A stretch of DNA of 64,000 nt from an uncultured Planctomycetota bacterium (GCA_963849325.1 CAWKHF010000002.1:256001-320000); one strand, 5' to 3'; counted from the stretch's first letter, positions 23,538 through 35,412 are shown. The notes: generated by a model from the sequence alone, not told the origin. Made by a program: numbers and translations.

Positions 23538-23903
23538 ATGACGCGCCCCTACCGCCACATTGAAGTCGAACGCCGCGGCGAGGTCTTTTGCGTGCGGCTC
23601 CAGCAGACGCGAATGGACGAAGCGACGATTTATGAGTTAGTCGCCGAGCTGCGGCGACTGGTGACGGATGGAGGCTGTCGCCGGATGGCCCTGAGCCTTG
23701 GACCACAATCGCCGGAGTGCCTGTACAGCGTCTTCCTGGCCAAGCTGATCACCCTGCAGCGCGTGCTGCGCGAACACGGCGGCGAGTTGGTGCTGTGCCA
23801 CGTCCAGCCGGACGTGCGCAACATCTTCGCGGCGTGCTGCCTGGAGCAACTCTTCCAATTCCTGCCGGATTTCGAGGCCGCCGTCGCCCACGGGGCGAAG
23901 TGA
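23538..23903 (+). CDS. STAS-domain anti-sigma factor antagonist
   Basis: S..LAKLITLQR...GGELVLC...VRNIF pattern; TTGACA at 23433 upstream. Confidence 0.75.
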   Translation: MTRPYRHIEVERRGEVFCVRLQQTRMDEATIYELVAELRRLVTDGGCRRMALSLGPQSPECLYSVFLAKLITLQRVLREHGGELVLCHVQPDVRNIFAACCLEQLFQFLPDFEAAVAHGAK

Positions 23904-23920
23904 AACGGACGCGAGGTTTC

Positions 23921-24337
23921 ATGGTCTTTCAAGAACAGTTCACCGTCTCGACGCACGGTCACGGCGACATGCACGACCTCACCGAACAGGTGTCGGCGAT
24001 CGTCGCGCGGGCGAAGGTCCACCGTGGCCTCGTCCACGTCTTCAACATCGGCAGCACGGCGGCGGTGGGGACCATCGAGTTCGAGCCGGGACTGCGCCAG
24101 GATCTGCCGGCGATACTCGATCAATTAATGCCGCCCAGCCGCGACTACGGGCACGAGCAAACGTGGCACGACGGCAACGGCCATTCGCACTTGCAAGCGA
24201 CCGTGCTGGGTCCGGGGCTGACCGTGCCCATCGGCGATGGCGGACTGCTCCTGGGCACCTGGCAGCAGATCTTCCACCTGGAGTGCGACACCCGCCCACG
24301 GCAGCGCACCGTCGTCGTGACCGTTCTCGGCGAATGA
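23921..24337 (+). CDS. YjbQ/UPF0047 family protein
   Basis: DGNGHSHL, LGTWQQIF..E.D motifs. Confidence 0.9.
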   Translation: MVFQEQFTVSTHGHGDMHDLTEQVSAIVARAKVHRGLVHVFNIGSTAAVGTIEFEPGLRQDLPAILDQLMPPSRDYGHEQTWHDGNGHSHLQATVLGPGLTVPIGDGGLLLGTWQQIFHLECDTRPRQRTVVVTVLGE

Positions 24338-24360
24338 CGCGCGCCGGCGTCGGATGACCT

Positions 24361-26168
24361 TCACTTTGTCGCCGGTTTCACGGTGATCGCACGCAGGTCC
24401 ATGACAGCGGCAGCTGCCTTCTTCTTCGGCTTCACCATCAGCGTGTACCGTCCTGCCTTGTCGAGCGTCACCGTACCGATGGTGCGGGCCTTGAAGTTTT
24501 GGAAGTGCCCCGTGTCCTCCACCGTGAACATCATCGACTTGTCGGCGATAGATAGCTCGACTTCACTGCCGCCCTGGCCCTTGCCGCATCCTTGCAACAC
24601 CTCAACGGCGAACGTGCCGGGTTTGGTAATGGTGAACTCCCACGACGCCCAGTCCTCCGCTCGCACCCAGAAACCGAGCGTGTTCTTGTGCGGCAGCGGT
24701 TCGTAGCGCAGCTGCGTGCCGTGGACCTCCGCCGTTCGCGCCGGCAACCTCACCCTACCATCCGTTGCCTGTGGGTTCGGCCGGTAATCCGGATTCGGCC
24801 GCATCATCCGCGCCCCGACTTCCTTCCTCCAGGCGGCGAGCTTCTCGCCCAACTCCTTCGCCACTTCCGGCTTCTCGGCGATCAGGTTGTGCGATTCACC
24901 GGGATCTTTCGTGAGGTTGTACAGCTCGCGTCGGCCGTCCTCGTAGAACTCGATGAGCTTGGAGCCGCCGACGCGAATGGCCGCGCCAGGCCGGCCGCCC
25001 TGGTTGCTGTAATGTGGATAGTGCCAGAACAGGGCGTCCCGCTTGAGGGTGTCTCCCCGAAGCAGCGGCACGAGACTGACGCCATCGGTCTGGACATCGT
25101 TCTTGACGTCGCAGGCATCGAGGATCGTCGGGAAAACGTCGATGCTGCATACCGGCGTGGCGCTGGTGCTGCCCGGCTGGATGTGTCCCGGCCATTTCAC
25201 GATCAGCGGCACGCGCAGGCCGCCCTCGTAGAGATAGCCCTTGCCCTCGCGCAGCGGGGCGTTGATCGTCGCCGGAGTGTTCGGTCCCTCCGTCACGCAC
25301 AGCCCACCGTTGTCCGACGTGAACAGAACGATGGTGCGCTCGCTCAGCTTGAGGTCGTCCAGCTTTTGAAGGACGCGGCCGACGCCCTCGTCGAGGCTTT
25401 CGATCATGGCGGCGTAAATCGGATTGCCTTGCTGTCCCGACCGGCCCGGCTTGTAGTGGGCGATCATCTCGGCCTTCGCCTTGAGCGGGATGTGGACCGT
25501 GTAGTGAGCGAGGTAGAGGAAGAACGGCCGATCGCGGTTCATCTCGATGAATTTCACCGCCTCCGTCGTCAGTCGGTCGGTGAGGTACTCGCCCTCCGGA
25601 GCGCGCTCCAGTCCGGGAATGAAACGACCGTCCTTGTTCTTGTACGGGGCGAAGTAACTGCGCGGCGAGCCGGCGGCGTCGCCGGCGATGTTGACGTCGA
25701 AGCCGCGATCTTCCGGCGCCGATCCCTTGCCGCCGAGGTGCCACTTGCCGACGTGGCCGGTGGCGTATCCCGCGGACTTGAGCGCGGCGGCGAGCGTTGT
25801 CTCCGTCGCCGGCAAAGCCTGGTTGATGACGGGGCGCAGCAGCTTCTGGTCGGGACGGTCGGATCGTCCGGGCAGCCAATCGGTGAGGTTGAGCCGGGCC
25901 GGATACTTGCCGGTGAGCAGGGCGGCGCGCGTCGGCGAACAAATGGAGGCGGCGGCGTAGGCGTGGGTGAAGCGTAGCCCCTTGGCGGCGAGACGGTCGA
26001 GATTCGGCGTCTTGTGGTAGGTGCTGCCGTAGCAGGCGAGGTCGGCCCAGCCGAGATCGTCGGCGAGGATGACGATGACGTTCGGCCGACGGGCCGGCGT
26101 CTCCTCGTGCGCGTCGCCGAGGCGATTGCAGCCATCACCAGCCAGCCCGTGACGAATCGCGCAAGCAT
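24361..26168 (-). CDS. Secreted sulfatase with C-terminal carbohydrate-binding-like domain (frameshift near 26120)
   Basis: ADDLG, CSPTR, GKWHLG, SDNGG; signal peptide in adjacent frame from ATG 26168. Confidence 0.9.
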
Positions 26169-26177
26169 GGGTTTTTC

Positions 26178-26283
26178 GCTCCTCTCCCCTCTCCCCCGCT
26201 TCGGGGGAGAGGGGTTGGGGGTGAGGGGGAGTCTGCCCCCTCACCCCCAACCCCTCTCCCCCGGAGTACCGGGGGAGAGGGGC
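26178..26283. repeat. CCCCTCTCCC/GGGAGAGGGG nested palindromic element
   Basis: Two hairpin units in inverted arrangement around GGGGTGAGGGG/CCCCTCACCCC. Confidence 0.8.
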
Positions 26284-26297
26284 TTTCGCAACAGTTC

Positions 26298-27797
26298 TCA
26301 CTCCAGCCGCAGCAGCCAACTCGCCAGCCCCAGGCTGAGGGCACCGAGCGCCGCCAACACACCGCAGGCGCGAAAGACGATCACAGCGTTGGGCTGATAT
26401 ACGCCCGAACCGCCGAGCAGTTCTCGATAGGCGTCCAGCGCCCAGCCCTGAGGGGTCAACAGCGTGAAGAGCTGCGTCTGCTCCGGCATCATCTCGCGCG
26501 GCAGCACGCAGCCGCCGACCACCGCCAACACCAGTACGAGGACGCCGCCGAAGATCGCCACTTGCAATTCACTGCGCGCCACCGACGCGATCAAGAGTGC
26601 CAGCCCCATCGCCGCCAGTGACGTACACAGCACCACCGGCAGCAGCCAGGCGAGTTGTTCGGCCAGCGACCAGTGATCCGGCCCCCAGCGGATGCCGAAC
26701 AGTCCGCGGCTGGCGATCAGCAAAAACAACGTCTGCCCGACCGACAGGGCGAAGCACGGCAACATCTTCCCTAAGAGGATGTGACCGCGCGTCAGCGGGG
26801 CGGTTTGCAGCCGCCGCAGCGTACCCTGGCGCCGCTCGGCGACGAACACCCAGCCGACGATGAGCACCAGAAAGAACACGAACATGACCACGAACATCGG
26901 CACCAGGTACTTGTAGTGCTCGCCGCCGTAGCGCAGCGGCCCGCTGCCTTCGCGGTCCTCGTAGTTCTTGACCTCGGCGCCCTCGCGCGCCTCCTCCGAC
27001 GATTTCGTCAGCGACGCCCACGTCTTGCCGCGCAGATTGTACTTGCGAAACTGCTCCGCTAATGCCTTCTGCACGCCCTCGCCGACCTTCTCCTTGTACA
27101 TCTGCGCATTCTTCGCGTCGCCGCCCGCCGCCATCTTGAGCATCTCGCCGAGCTTGATCTTCTCCCTGCCGAGCAGGATGAGCTGGAATTGCTTCGGCAC
27201 CGGCAGGTTGACGTTGTCGCCCAGAAGCTGAATGAATTCCGGGTCGCTCAGCCGCTCGAAGGCCCGGCCGATCATCCACGGCAGGATGACGCGCAGCAGC
27301 GACACCTGCACCACCTGCTCGATGACCGCGGCCGTCGCCGGCTGTTTCTCGTCTTTGCACAATTGCACATCTACTTTGTCCAAATAGACGCCCTCGCGGT
27401 GAAACGGGTTGAGTCCGTCGGCCAGGAACGAGCAGCGGTTGATCTTGTCGGTGAAGCCCGGCTCGAAGATGAGAATGGCCGCCCGCTTGTGCTCGCGGAT
27501 GAGGCGTTCGGCCTCCTCGCGGCTGTCGATGACCTCGACGCGAATGTCGGCCGTCTCGCCCAGGTCGCGCCGAACCACCCGCGACCACGTTTCGCCGGGG
27601 TGCAGTCCCGAGCCGCGGTCGAGGTCCACCAACGAGATGCGCAGGCGGTTGTCCGGCTTCTGTCCGAAGCTCTCGCCGACGAACAGCCCGAACACGATGA
27701 TGAACAGCAGCGGCAGCACGAATAGCAGGATCAGCGCCACCGGATCGCGCAGCACCAGGCGCAGCTCCTTCTTCACCAGCGTCCAGACGATACCCAT
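26298..27797 (-). CDS. ABC-2 type transporter permease
   Basis: KELR N-terminus, ERRQGTLRRL, multiple TM helices. Confidence 0.9.
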   Translation of the reverse strand: MGIVWTLVKKELRLVLRDPVALILLFVLPLLFIIVFGLFVGESFGQKPDNRLRISLVDLDRGSGLHPGETWSRVVRRDLGETADIRVEVIDSREEAERLIREHKRAAILIFEPGFTDKINRCSFLADGLNPFHREGVYLDKVDVQLCKDEKQPATAAVIEQVVQVSLLRVILPWMIGRAFERLSDPEFIQLLGDNVNLPVPKQFQLILLGREKIKLGEMLKMAAGGDAKNAQMYKEKVGEGVQKALAEQFRKYNLRGKTWASLTKSSEEAREGAEVKNYEDREGSGPLRYGGEHYKYLVPMFVVMFVFFLVLIVGWVFVAERRQGTLRRLQTAPLTRGHILLGKMLPCFALSVGQTLFLLIASRGLFGIRWGPDHWSLAEQLAWLLPVVLCTSLAAMGLALLIASVARSELQVAIFGGVLVLVLAVVGGCVLPREMMPEQTQLFTLLTPQGWALDAYRELLGGSGVYQPNAVIVFRACGVLAALGALSLGLASWLLRLE

Positions 27798-27828
27798 GTC
27801 GATGCCTCCGGCGCCATGCCACAAGCGG

Positions 27829-28764
<936 letters not shown>

Positions 28765-28814
28765 GGGTGGTCCGTTCCAGATGTTCTCCTGGTCGCGCCG
28801 ACATCATAGCAGGG

Positions 28815-28837
28815 CGAGCGGAGGGCGTCAGCCCCTT
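28815..28837. repeat. Single REP family C unit
   Basis: CGAGCGGAGGGCGTCAGCCCCTT. Confidence 0.6.
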
Positions 28838-28854
28838 GCGCGCCGAAGATGACC

Positions 28855-28905
28855 TTGACACGTCAGTCATTCTGTCTTAGACTGCGCTCAGACTTTATGT
28901 CTGAG
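28855..28905 (+). promoter_or_regulatory. Sigma70 promoter with putative tandem BlaI-type operators
   Basis: TTGACA-17-TAGACT; palindrome CTCAGAC-N5-GTCTGAG at 28887-28905 and a 13/17 copy at 28863-28879. Confidence 0.65.
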
Positions 28906-28917
28906 GCAGGAGGGTTC

Positions 28918-29325
28918 ATGGCACGAACTCCACAGGATGTCACCGATGCCGAGCTGGCGGTGCTCCAGCTACTCTGGGACGGCGGCCCGGCGACGATCCG
29001 CCAGTTGACCGACGCCCTGTATCCGGGCGGCGGCGCGGCGCAATATGGGACCGTGCAAAAGCTGCTTGACCGGCTGGAAGCCAAGGACTGCGTTCACCGC
29101 GACCGCACGGCCGCCGCGCACACCTTCGCCGCCGTCATCGCGCGGAGCGACCTCATCGGCCGGCGTTTGCAGGACATGGCCGAGAAGCTGTGCGGCGGTT
29201 CGCTGACGCCGCTGTTGACGCACCTCGTTCGCAATCGAAGCCTGTCGGCCCGTGAGCGGCGAGAGCTGCGCGACCTTATCGACGAACTGGATCAGAAGGG
29301 CAAAGGCAAAAAAGGGACACGCTGA
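28918..29325 (+). CDS. BlaI/MecI/CopY family repressor
   Basis: TDAELAVLQLLW...TVQKLLDRLEAK...GGSLTPLL. Confidence 0.92.
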   Translation: MARTPQDVTDAELAVLQLLWDGGPATIRQLTDALYPGGGAAQYGTVQKLLDRLEAKDCVHRDRTAAAHTFAAVIARSDLIGRRLQDMAEKLCGGSLTPLLTHLVRNRSLSARERRELRDLIDELDQKGKGKKGTR

Positions 29326-29337
29326 GCAGGACTTGCC

Positions 29338-31236
29338 GTGGACGACTTGCCGAGCATCGCTGTGAGTAACGCCGTGGCCGCGACGATCCTGGCCGCGATC
29401 GCCCTCGCCGTCGGCGCGGTGTATCGCCGGCCGGCCGTGGTGCATGGGTTGTGGCTGCTCGTCTTGCTCAAATTGGTGACACCGCCGCTGGTGCATATCC
29501 CGGTCGCCTGGCCGACGGCGACGGAGCCGGCCAGGCTGGACCTCGCCCTTGTTGCCGAGGAACCGCCTGCCGCCACTGTGCCTCGTCCCGAGGAGGAACC
29601 GGCTGCGGTCGTCGTCCTCGCTCCGGCAGCCGAAAATGTTCCTCCGGCGAACGAACCCGCCGCCACGGTCGATCTCCCGACCGTTCCATCCTCGCCCCCG
29701 TCGCCCGATCCGCCGCTGTGGCCGCAATTGTTGTGGATCGTGTGGGGCGTCGGCTCGCTGGCCTGGTTCCTGCTGGCGCTGGAGAGACTGCATCGTTTTC
29801 GCCGCTTGCTCCGATTCGCCCAATCCGCCCCGGCGCCGTTGCAGGAGCGCGCTCGCGGCCTGGCTCGTTCGCTGGGTTTGTCCCGCTGTCCGCGCGTTCG
29901 CCTTCTGCCCGGCCGCATCGCGCCGATGCTCTGGGCCGTCGGCGGCCCGCCGCGCTTGCTCGTGCCAGTGGACCTGCTCGGCCTACTGAGCGACGAGCAG
30001 CTCGACACGCTGCTCGTGCATGAACTCGCCCACCTGCGCCGCCACGATCACTGGGTTCGCGTGCTGGAGTTCGTCGTCATGGGATTGTACTGGTGGCACC
30101 CCGTCGTTTGGTACGCCCGCCGCGAACTGCACGAGGCGGAGGAACAGTGCTGCGATGCCTGGGTCGTGTCCACGCTGCCCGGCGCCGGCCGCACTTATGC
30201 TTCGGCCCTGCTGGATACGCTCGATTTCCTGTCCACGGCCCAGCCCGCCGTACCGCCGTTGGCCAGCGGCCTGGGTCAAGTAGCCGATCTCAAAAGGAGG
30301 CTGACCATGATTATGCGTGGGACGACGCCGCGAGCGTTGAGCTGGCCCGGCTGCCTGGCCGTCGTTGTTCTGGGCCTGACCTTCCTGCCGATGCTGCCGG
30401 CGCTGCATGGGCAGCCGCCCAGTAAGGAGGAAGACACGGCGAAAACCGAGGTGGAGGAAGCCAAGGCGCGACTTGCGGCGGCCGAGGCAAAAGTGGAGGC
30501 GGTCAAGCAGAAAAACATCGTCCAGCTGATGAAGCAGTACAACGAGTTGCTTAAGGAGGGCAAGTACGCCGAGGCAGTGAACATCGCGGTGCGGCTCCAG
30601 GAGTTGGATCCTGAAAATCCGATGATCGCCGCCGCCATCAACCAGGCCATAATGCTACGCCGGGCTTCATCGTCCAAGGAGCTAATGAAAGCACTCACCA
30701 TTAGCAGCCCAGGTAGGGTCGAGAAGAAAGCAACTTATCGCATTGAGATCACAGTTCCCGTCGAAGCGAGCATGAACGATAACGAGATCCTCGAGAGGAT
30801 CAAGAAGGCTCTTCCGGAAAAGCTACGCCGCGAGATCGTTATTCGCCGCGTTCTTGTGCCGGAAAACTCCCTTGTCACCAAGCCACCGCAGTCAGAGTCC
30901 GAGAAACGCATCAACGATCTGGAAAAGAAGTTGGAGAAGGTGCTGCACGAATTGCACGAGCTGCGCAAACAGATGAAAGAACCGCGATCGGGGAGTTCGG
31001 GCACGAAACCGTCCTCTCCTACTACCACGACTCCGCGCGCCCATCCACCGATCGCTCCACAACCGCCGGGATCTGAGCCTCCGCCGCCGGTCGAAGGCGA
31101 GCGACTGCCTCCGAGCCGCAACGCGCCGGGATATCCGCAGTCCCCGCCGCCGTCCGGAGGCGCGGCACCGCCTTTGAACAATCCGTATTACGCTCCGACT
31201 ATACCTCTGAAACCCCACAAACTTATGCAGCGGTGA
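29338..31236 (+). CDS. BlaR1-like M56 metallopeptidase with coiled-coil/Pro-rich C-terminus
   Basis: HELAHLRRHDH, WWHP, EQCCD, LKRRL. Confidence 0.9.
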   Translation: MDDLPSIAVSNAVAATILAAIALAVGAVYRRPAVVHGLWLLVLLKLVTPPLVHIPVAWPTATEPARLDLALVAEEPPAATVPRPEEEPAAVVVLAPAAENVPPANEPAATVDLPTVPSSPPSPDPPLWPQLLWIVWGVGSLAWFLLALERLHRFRRLLRFAQSAPAPLQERARGLARSLGLSRCPRVRLLPGRIAPMLWAVGGPPRLLVPVDLLGLLSDEQLDTLLVHELAHLRRHDHWVRVLEFVVMGLYWWHPVVWYARRELHEAEEQCCDAWVVSTLPGAGRTYASALLDTLDFLSTAQPAVPPLASGLGQVADLKRRLTMIMRGTTPRALSWPGCLAVVVLGLTFLPMLPALHGQPPSKEEDTAKTEVEEAKARLAAAEAKVEAVKQKNIVQLMKQYNELLKEGKYAEAVNIAVRLQELDPENPMIAAAINQAIMLRRASSSKELMKALTISSPGRVEKKATYRIEITVPVEASMNDNEILERIKKALPEKLRREIVIRRVLVPENSLVTKPPQSESEKRINDLEKKLEKVLHELHELRKQMKEPRSGSSGTKPSSPTTTTPRAHPPIAPQPPGSEPPPPVEGERLPPSRNAPGYPQSPPPSGGAAPPLNNPYYAPTIPLKPHKLMQR

Positions 31237-31243
31237 ACAGACA

Positions 31244-31288
31244 GAACCACTTGCGGCTTGGCGCGTCGCGCTAAGCCGCAAGCGGTTC
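31244..31288. repeat. Inverted repeat family F (CGCTAAGCCGCAAGCG)
   Basis: Hairpin; relative at 55545-55579. Confidence 0.7.
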
Positions 31289-31384
31289 CTGTTCGGCCCC
31301 CCGCCCTCCGCTACAATATCACTGGCGTTCATCAGCGGAGTTAAACTTTTGCCGCCAAATACCGCCTTGCACGGGAGGTCCATC

Positions 31385-31651
31385 ATGCAAGCCGAGGAAA
31401 TGTACCACCTGCTGCATAAACGTCCCTTCGAGCCGTTCCGCATCCATCTCAGCGACGGACGAGTATTCGACATTCGCTATCCGCACATGAACATGGTGGG
31501 CGTGACCTGGATTCACATCGGCGTGCTGGCCCCCGGTGATACCGACTCCGATCCGATCCCCGATCATACGGTCAAGGTCCCCTTGTCGCTCATCAGCAAG
31601 GTAGAACCGCTGCACAGCCTGCCGACACCTTCGGGTGGTCCGAAAACGTGA
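31385..31651 (+). CDS. Small hypothetical protein (PFEPFR...DG family), paralog 1
   Basis: GGAGG RBS; clear similarity to the next ORF. Confidence 0.8.
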   Translation: MQAEEMYHLLHKRPFEPFRIHLSDGRVFDIRYPHMNMVGVTWIHIGVLAPGDTDSDPIPDHTVKVPLSLISKVEPLHSLPTPSGGPKT

Positions 31652-31664
31652 GGGAAGAGGTCCC

Positions 31665-31922
31665 ATGCGTCCCCACGACGTTCTTCGGTTATTGCAACGC
31701 CAACCCTTCGAGCCTTTCCGTCTGTGCCTGGTGGATGGTGCGGCTTACGAGATCCGCCATCCAGACCAGGTGGTTGTGGACCGTTCCGTGGTGACCATCG
31801 CTGGGACTGTGGCCAATCTGCCGCTGCCTCTCGTGGAGCGCGATATAATCGTCTCCTTGCTGCACATTTCGCGTCTGGAGCCGATTGAGTCCGCCGCCAT
31901 GCCGCCAGCGGCGGGGGCGTAA
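31665..31922 (+). CDS. Small hypothetical protein (PFEPFR...DG family), paralog 2
   Basis: GAGG RBS; aligns with the previous ORF. Confidence 0.8.
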   Translation: MRPHDVLRLLQRQPFEPFRLCLVDGAAYEIRHPDQVVVDRSVVTIAGTVANLPLPLVERDIIVSLLHISRLEPIESAAMPPAAGA

Positions 31923-31925
31923 ACG

Positions 31926-31955
31926 CACCAGCCGAGGCGGTCGCCTCGGCCGGTG
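31926..31955. terminator. Hairpin between convergent genes
   Basis: GCCGAGGCG-GT-CGCCTCGGC. Confidence 0.5.
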
Positions 31956-31975
31956 ACGGATCGGGGTGGAGAACA

Positions 31976-32239
31976 TTACTTCTTCTCGGACTTTTTCTCG
32001 CCGGCGGCCGGAGCGGCGGCGGCAGCCTCGGCCCCTTCCTCGGCCGGCTTCTCTTCTTCCTTGGCCTTCTTGGCCTTCTTGGCGATCTTCAGCACGCGGA
32101 CTTTCGGCAGGCCATACGGACTGCGGCCGTCCGTCCAGCGTTCGTCGTCTTGCAGCACCTTGATGCGCTCGCCCCGCGTCAGCACGTTGCGCGAACGCAC
32201 CAGCTGATTCTTGCGACGCAGGCTCTTGTCGATGGACAT
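31976..32239 (-). CDS. PVC-superphylum small basic signature protein
   Basis: MSIDKSL...[10 protein letters not shown]...GLPKV with K/A/E-rich tail. Confidence 0.85.
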   Translation of the reverse strand: MSIDKSLRRKNQLVRSRNVLTRGERIKVLQDDERWTDGRSPYGLPKVRVLKIAKKAKKAKEEEKPAEEGAEAAAAAPAAGEKKSEKK

Positions 32240-32373
32240 GATTCAATCCGTCCCTTCACACGGGTCTCCAAAACGTAGCAGGTATGATAGAGGCGTCCGC
32301 TGACGTGGACAAGAGCGGACGCGACGGCGACAATAAGAAGGGGGTTCGTAAATAACTGCGAGCACACAGCACC

Positions 32374-33648
32374 ATGCGCATTCAACTCGATTACGGCCGA
32401 ACCGGACTGGAAGTCAATCTCCCCGACGACCGCATCGTCGGCCCCCTGAGCCATCCGGCCGGCGCCGCCGCTGGCCGAACCCGGAGCGCGCCATCGCCGA
32501 CGCCCTGGATCATCCCATCGGCTCGCGGCCGCTGGCCGAGATCGCTCGCGGCCGCAAGAACGCCTGCATCCTCGTCTGCGACATCACCCGGCCAGTGCCC
32601 AACCGCCTCCTCCTGCCGCCGATGCTCCGCATCCTCGAAGAACAGGGCATCGCGCGGCAAGACATCCTCATCCTCGTCGCCACCGGCCTGCATCGCCCCA
32701 ACGAGGGCGCCGAGCTGGACGAGCTGGTCGGCCCCGAGATCGCCGCGCGCTACCGCATCGAGAACCATCACGGCAAGGTCCGCGAGGAGCACGATTACCT
32801 CGGCACCACGCCCAACGGCGTGCCGGTCTGGCTCGATTCGCCGCTACCTCCGCGCCGACCTGAAGATCACGACCGGCCTGATCGAGCCGCACCTGATGGC
32901 CGGCTACAGCGGCGGCCGCAAGGTCATCTGCCCCGGCATCGCCGGCCTGGACACGGTCAAGGTCTGGCACGGCCCGCGCTTCCTCGAACACCCGCAGGCC
33001 GACTGCGGCATCGTCGAGGGCAACCCCGTCCACGAGGAGAACACGCGCATCGCCCTGATGGCCGGCTGCGACTTCATCGTCAACGTCTGCCTCGACGGCC
33101 AGCGCCGCATCACCTGGGTCGGCGCCGGCGACATGATCCGGGCCTGGCAGGAGGGCGTTCGCTTCGTCGAGCAGGTCGTCAAGGTGCCGGTGCCGGAGCC
33201 GCTCGACGTGGTCGTCACCAGCTGCGCCGGCTATCCGCTGGACACGACCTGGTATCAGGCGGTCAAGGGCCTGACGGGGGCACTGCCGATCGTCAAGCAG
33301 GGCGGCACGATCGTGCTGGCGGCCAGCCTGACCGAAGGACTGGGCAGCCCCGAGTTCCAGCAGGTCATGGCCGAGAACCCCGATTTGAAGCGCTTCAAGC
33401 AGCGCATTCTCGGCGAGGACTATTTCGTGATGGACCAGTGGCAGCTCGAGGAGTTGGCGAAGGTGGTCGAGCGCTGCCGGGTGAAGGTGGTCAGCCACGG
33501 CCTGTCGCCGGAGACGCTGCGGCGCTGCTACGTCGAGCCGGCCGACACGGTCGAGCAGGCCGTCGCCGACTGTCTCGCCGAGTACGGCCCGCAGGCGCGC
33601 GTGGCCGTCATTCCCAAGGGGCCATACGTCCTGCCTTATGTTGCCTGA
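32374..33648 (+). CDS. larA: Nickel-dependent lactate racemase family (frameshifts near 32450-32490 and 32840)
   Basis: [32 protein letters not shown]...YQAVK. Confidence 0.85.
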   Translation: MRIQLDYGRTGLEVNLPDDRIVGPLSHPAGAAAGRTRSAPSPTPWIIPSARGRWPRSLAAARTPASSSATSPGQCPTASSCRRCSASSKNRASRGKTSSSSSPPACIAPTRAPSWTSWSAPRSPRATASRTITARSARSTITSAPRPTACRSGSIRRYLRADLKITTGLIEPHLMAGYSGGRKVICPGIAGLDTVKVWHGPRFLEHPQADCGIVEGNPVHEENTRIALMAGCDFIVNVCLDGQRRITWVGAGDMIRAWQEGVRFVEQVVKVPVPEPLDVVVTSCAGYPLDTTWYQAVKGLTGALPIVKQGGTIVLAASLTEGLGSPEFQQVMAENPDLKRFKQRILGEDYFVMDQWQLEELAKVVERCRVKVVSHGLSPETLRRCYVEPADTVEQAVADCLAEYGPQARVAVIPKGPYVLPYVA

Positions 33649-33671
33649 CCATCCGGGAGCAAGCGCGGAAA

Positions 33672-35240
33672 TCAATGGCCCTCTACCGGAACGTTCGCGG
33701 AGGCCTGCGCCTCGATGGGCGGCTGGGATTCGCGCACGAAGATGAAGACGAGCGCTCCGCCGAGGAGGAGGACCAGCGCCCACTTGAACAGGGCGACGCG
33801 GCGCTGGAAGCGTCTCTCGACGCTGGGATCGAGCAACATGCTCTGCAAGAACGCGACGCGACGCGCGATGGTCGAGTGCTGCCAGGATTGCAGAAAGCCC
33901 GGCCGATCGCGGCTGATGCCGTTGATGAAGGCCACCTTCTCCAGAGCACGGATGAACGTGTTGATGCCGGTCGGACACAGTCCGCGACCGCACTGCGTCG
34001 GGTCCAGGCCATCCTCGTGACCGCGGCAATCCGATTGGAGACACGAAACGGTGCGGCAGCCGAACACATCGGCTTGGCGTTCGCAGCGTCGAGACAGGAA
34101 GCCGAACACCAGGAAGATGTAGCCGAGCAGGACACCGACTAGTGGCACAGCGGCGAGATACTTGTGGTTGCCCGCCTCCAGCAGACTGTCCCAGCCCTTG
34201 AACAGGTCGTTGACGAGCCAGCCCAGCACGATCACGCTCGCGGTCAGAAAGCCGAAATAGTACAGCATGTGGTGATGGCGGATGTGGCCGATTTCGTGGC
34301 CGAACACCGCCTCGACTTCCTCCGGCGTGAAGTCTTCCAGCAGCCGATCGGTGAATACGACGTAGCGAATCCAGGGCACGATGCCGATGACCATGGCGTT
34401 GCCCATGCCGTGGCGCGTGTTCCACACCAGGATGTTGCTCGAGCGGAAGCGCAAGCGCCGGGCCACGCCTTCGAGGCGCGTCCGCAGCGGCCCGGCCGGC
34501 AGCGGCTTCAAACCCAGAACCAGTCGCACAATCCACGGCATGGCCACGAACACCGCCAGCACCACGGCGATGCCGGCCACGTTGAGAACGCCCTGCCAGT
34601 CCTGGTTCGTGTCGGGAAAGAAGCGGAGCAGCTCCTTCTGGATCAGCAGCATCAACACGGGCAGGAACACCAGGGCCAATTTTTGCCGTAGCTGGAACAG
34701 CACATAGGCGGCGCGAGAGCCGAACACCGGCGGCGATCCGCGGCCGGGGCGTTCCAGCTCCAGCCACGTCCCCGCGTGTGCCTCGGCCCCGAGTAAGCGA
34801 TGCGCCGCCTGATGCGAGGCGCGCTCGGCGTCGTAGAAGACGGCCCAGCCCAGCAACTGGCCGACCACGAACGGCGCCAGCACGAGCAATTCGGCCAGGG
34901 GCAGCGGCTGCGTCCCCCAGCGCCACAGCTCAGACACGGCCCAGCCCCAGCCGAAGACGAGCAGGGCCAGGACATAGAAGACGAACAGTCCGATTTGATG
35001 ATGGAAGCGGCCGCGCTCATAGCGGTGCAGCAGGCGTTCGCGCAGCGATGGCTCCAGCGCCGGCGGACGATGGACGCGCCGGGACACACAGAAGGCGTGC
35101 AGGCCCGTCAACGCCACGGCCAGCCAGGTCGCGGCCACGCACCACCACGGCGACATCGGCCACGGCCAGGGCGGATCGGGCCAGGCATCCGCGTTGGGCA
35201 CGCACACCAGCACCAGAAAGACCATGAGCAAGAACGGCAT
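33672..35240 (-). CDS. M48 (HtpX/Ste24) membrane zinc protease
   Basis: NA, HEIGH, ERQAD, HSTIARR; many TM segments. Confidence 0.9.
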   Translation of the reverse strand: MPFLLMVFLVLVCVPNADAWPDPPWPWPMSPWWCVAATWLAVALTGLHAFCVSRRVHRPPALEPSLRERLLHRYERGRFHHQIGLFVFYVLALLVFGWGWAVSELWRWGTQPLPLAELLVLAPFVVGQLLGWAVFYDAERASHQAAHRLLGAEAHAGTWLELERPGRGSPPVFGSRAAYVLFQLRQKLALVFLPVLMLLIQKELLRFFPDTNQDWQGVLNVAGIAVVLAVFVAMPWIVRLVLGLKPLPAGPLRTRLEGVARRLRFRSSNILVWNTRHGMGNAMVIGIVPWIRYVVFTDRLLEDFTPEEVEAVFGHEIGHIRHHHMLYYFGFLTASVIVLGWLVNDLFKGWDSLLEAGNHKYLAAVPLVGVLLGYIFLVFGFLSRRCERQADVFGCRTVSCLQSDCRGHEDGLDPTQCGRGLCPTGINTFIRALEKVAFINGISRDRPGFLQSWQHSTIARRVAFLQSMLLDPSVERRFQRRVALFKWALVLLLGGALVFIFVRESQPPIEAQASANVPVEGH

Positions 35241-35344
35241 GGCGCACTCACCCTCGACCGCGGATCGGCAACGGGCGTCTCCTTTATTCTAACTTGCCGT
35301 CCCGCGCGGGCAAAGCCGGCTCTCGCGCCGCGGCTCGGGGTACG

Positions 35345-35393
35345 AAAAAACGCCCGTCGCGGCAGGGGCATCCGTCCCCGCCGCGACGGGCGT
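35345..35393 (-). terminator. Rho-independent terminator
   Basis: 12-bp GC stem followed by T6 on the minus strand, just after the S53 gene. Confidence 0.7.
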
Positions 35394-35412
35394 GTTCGCC
35401 GTTTTCGGCCGC

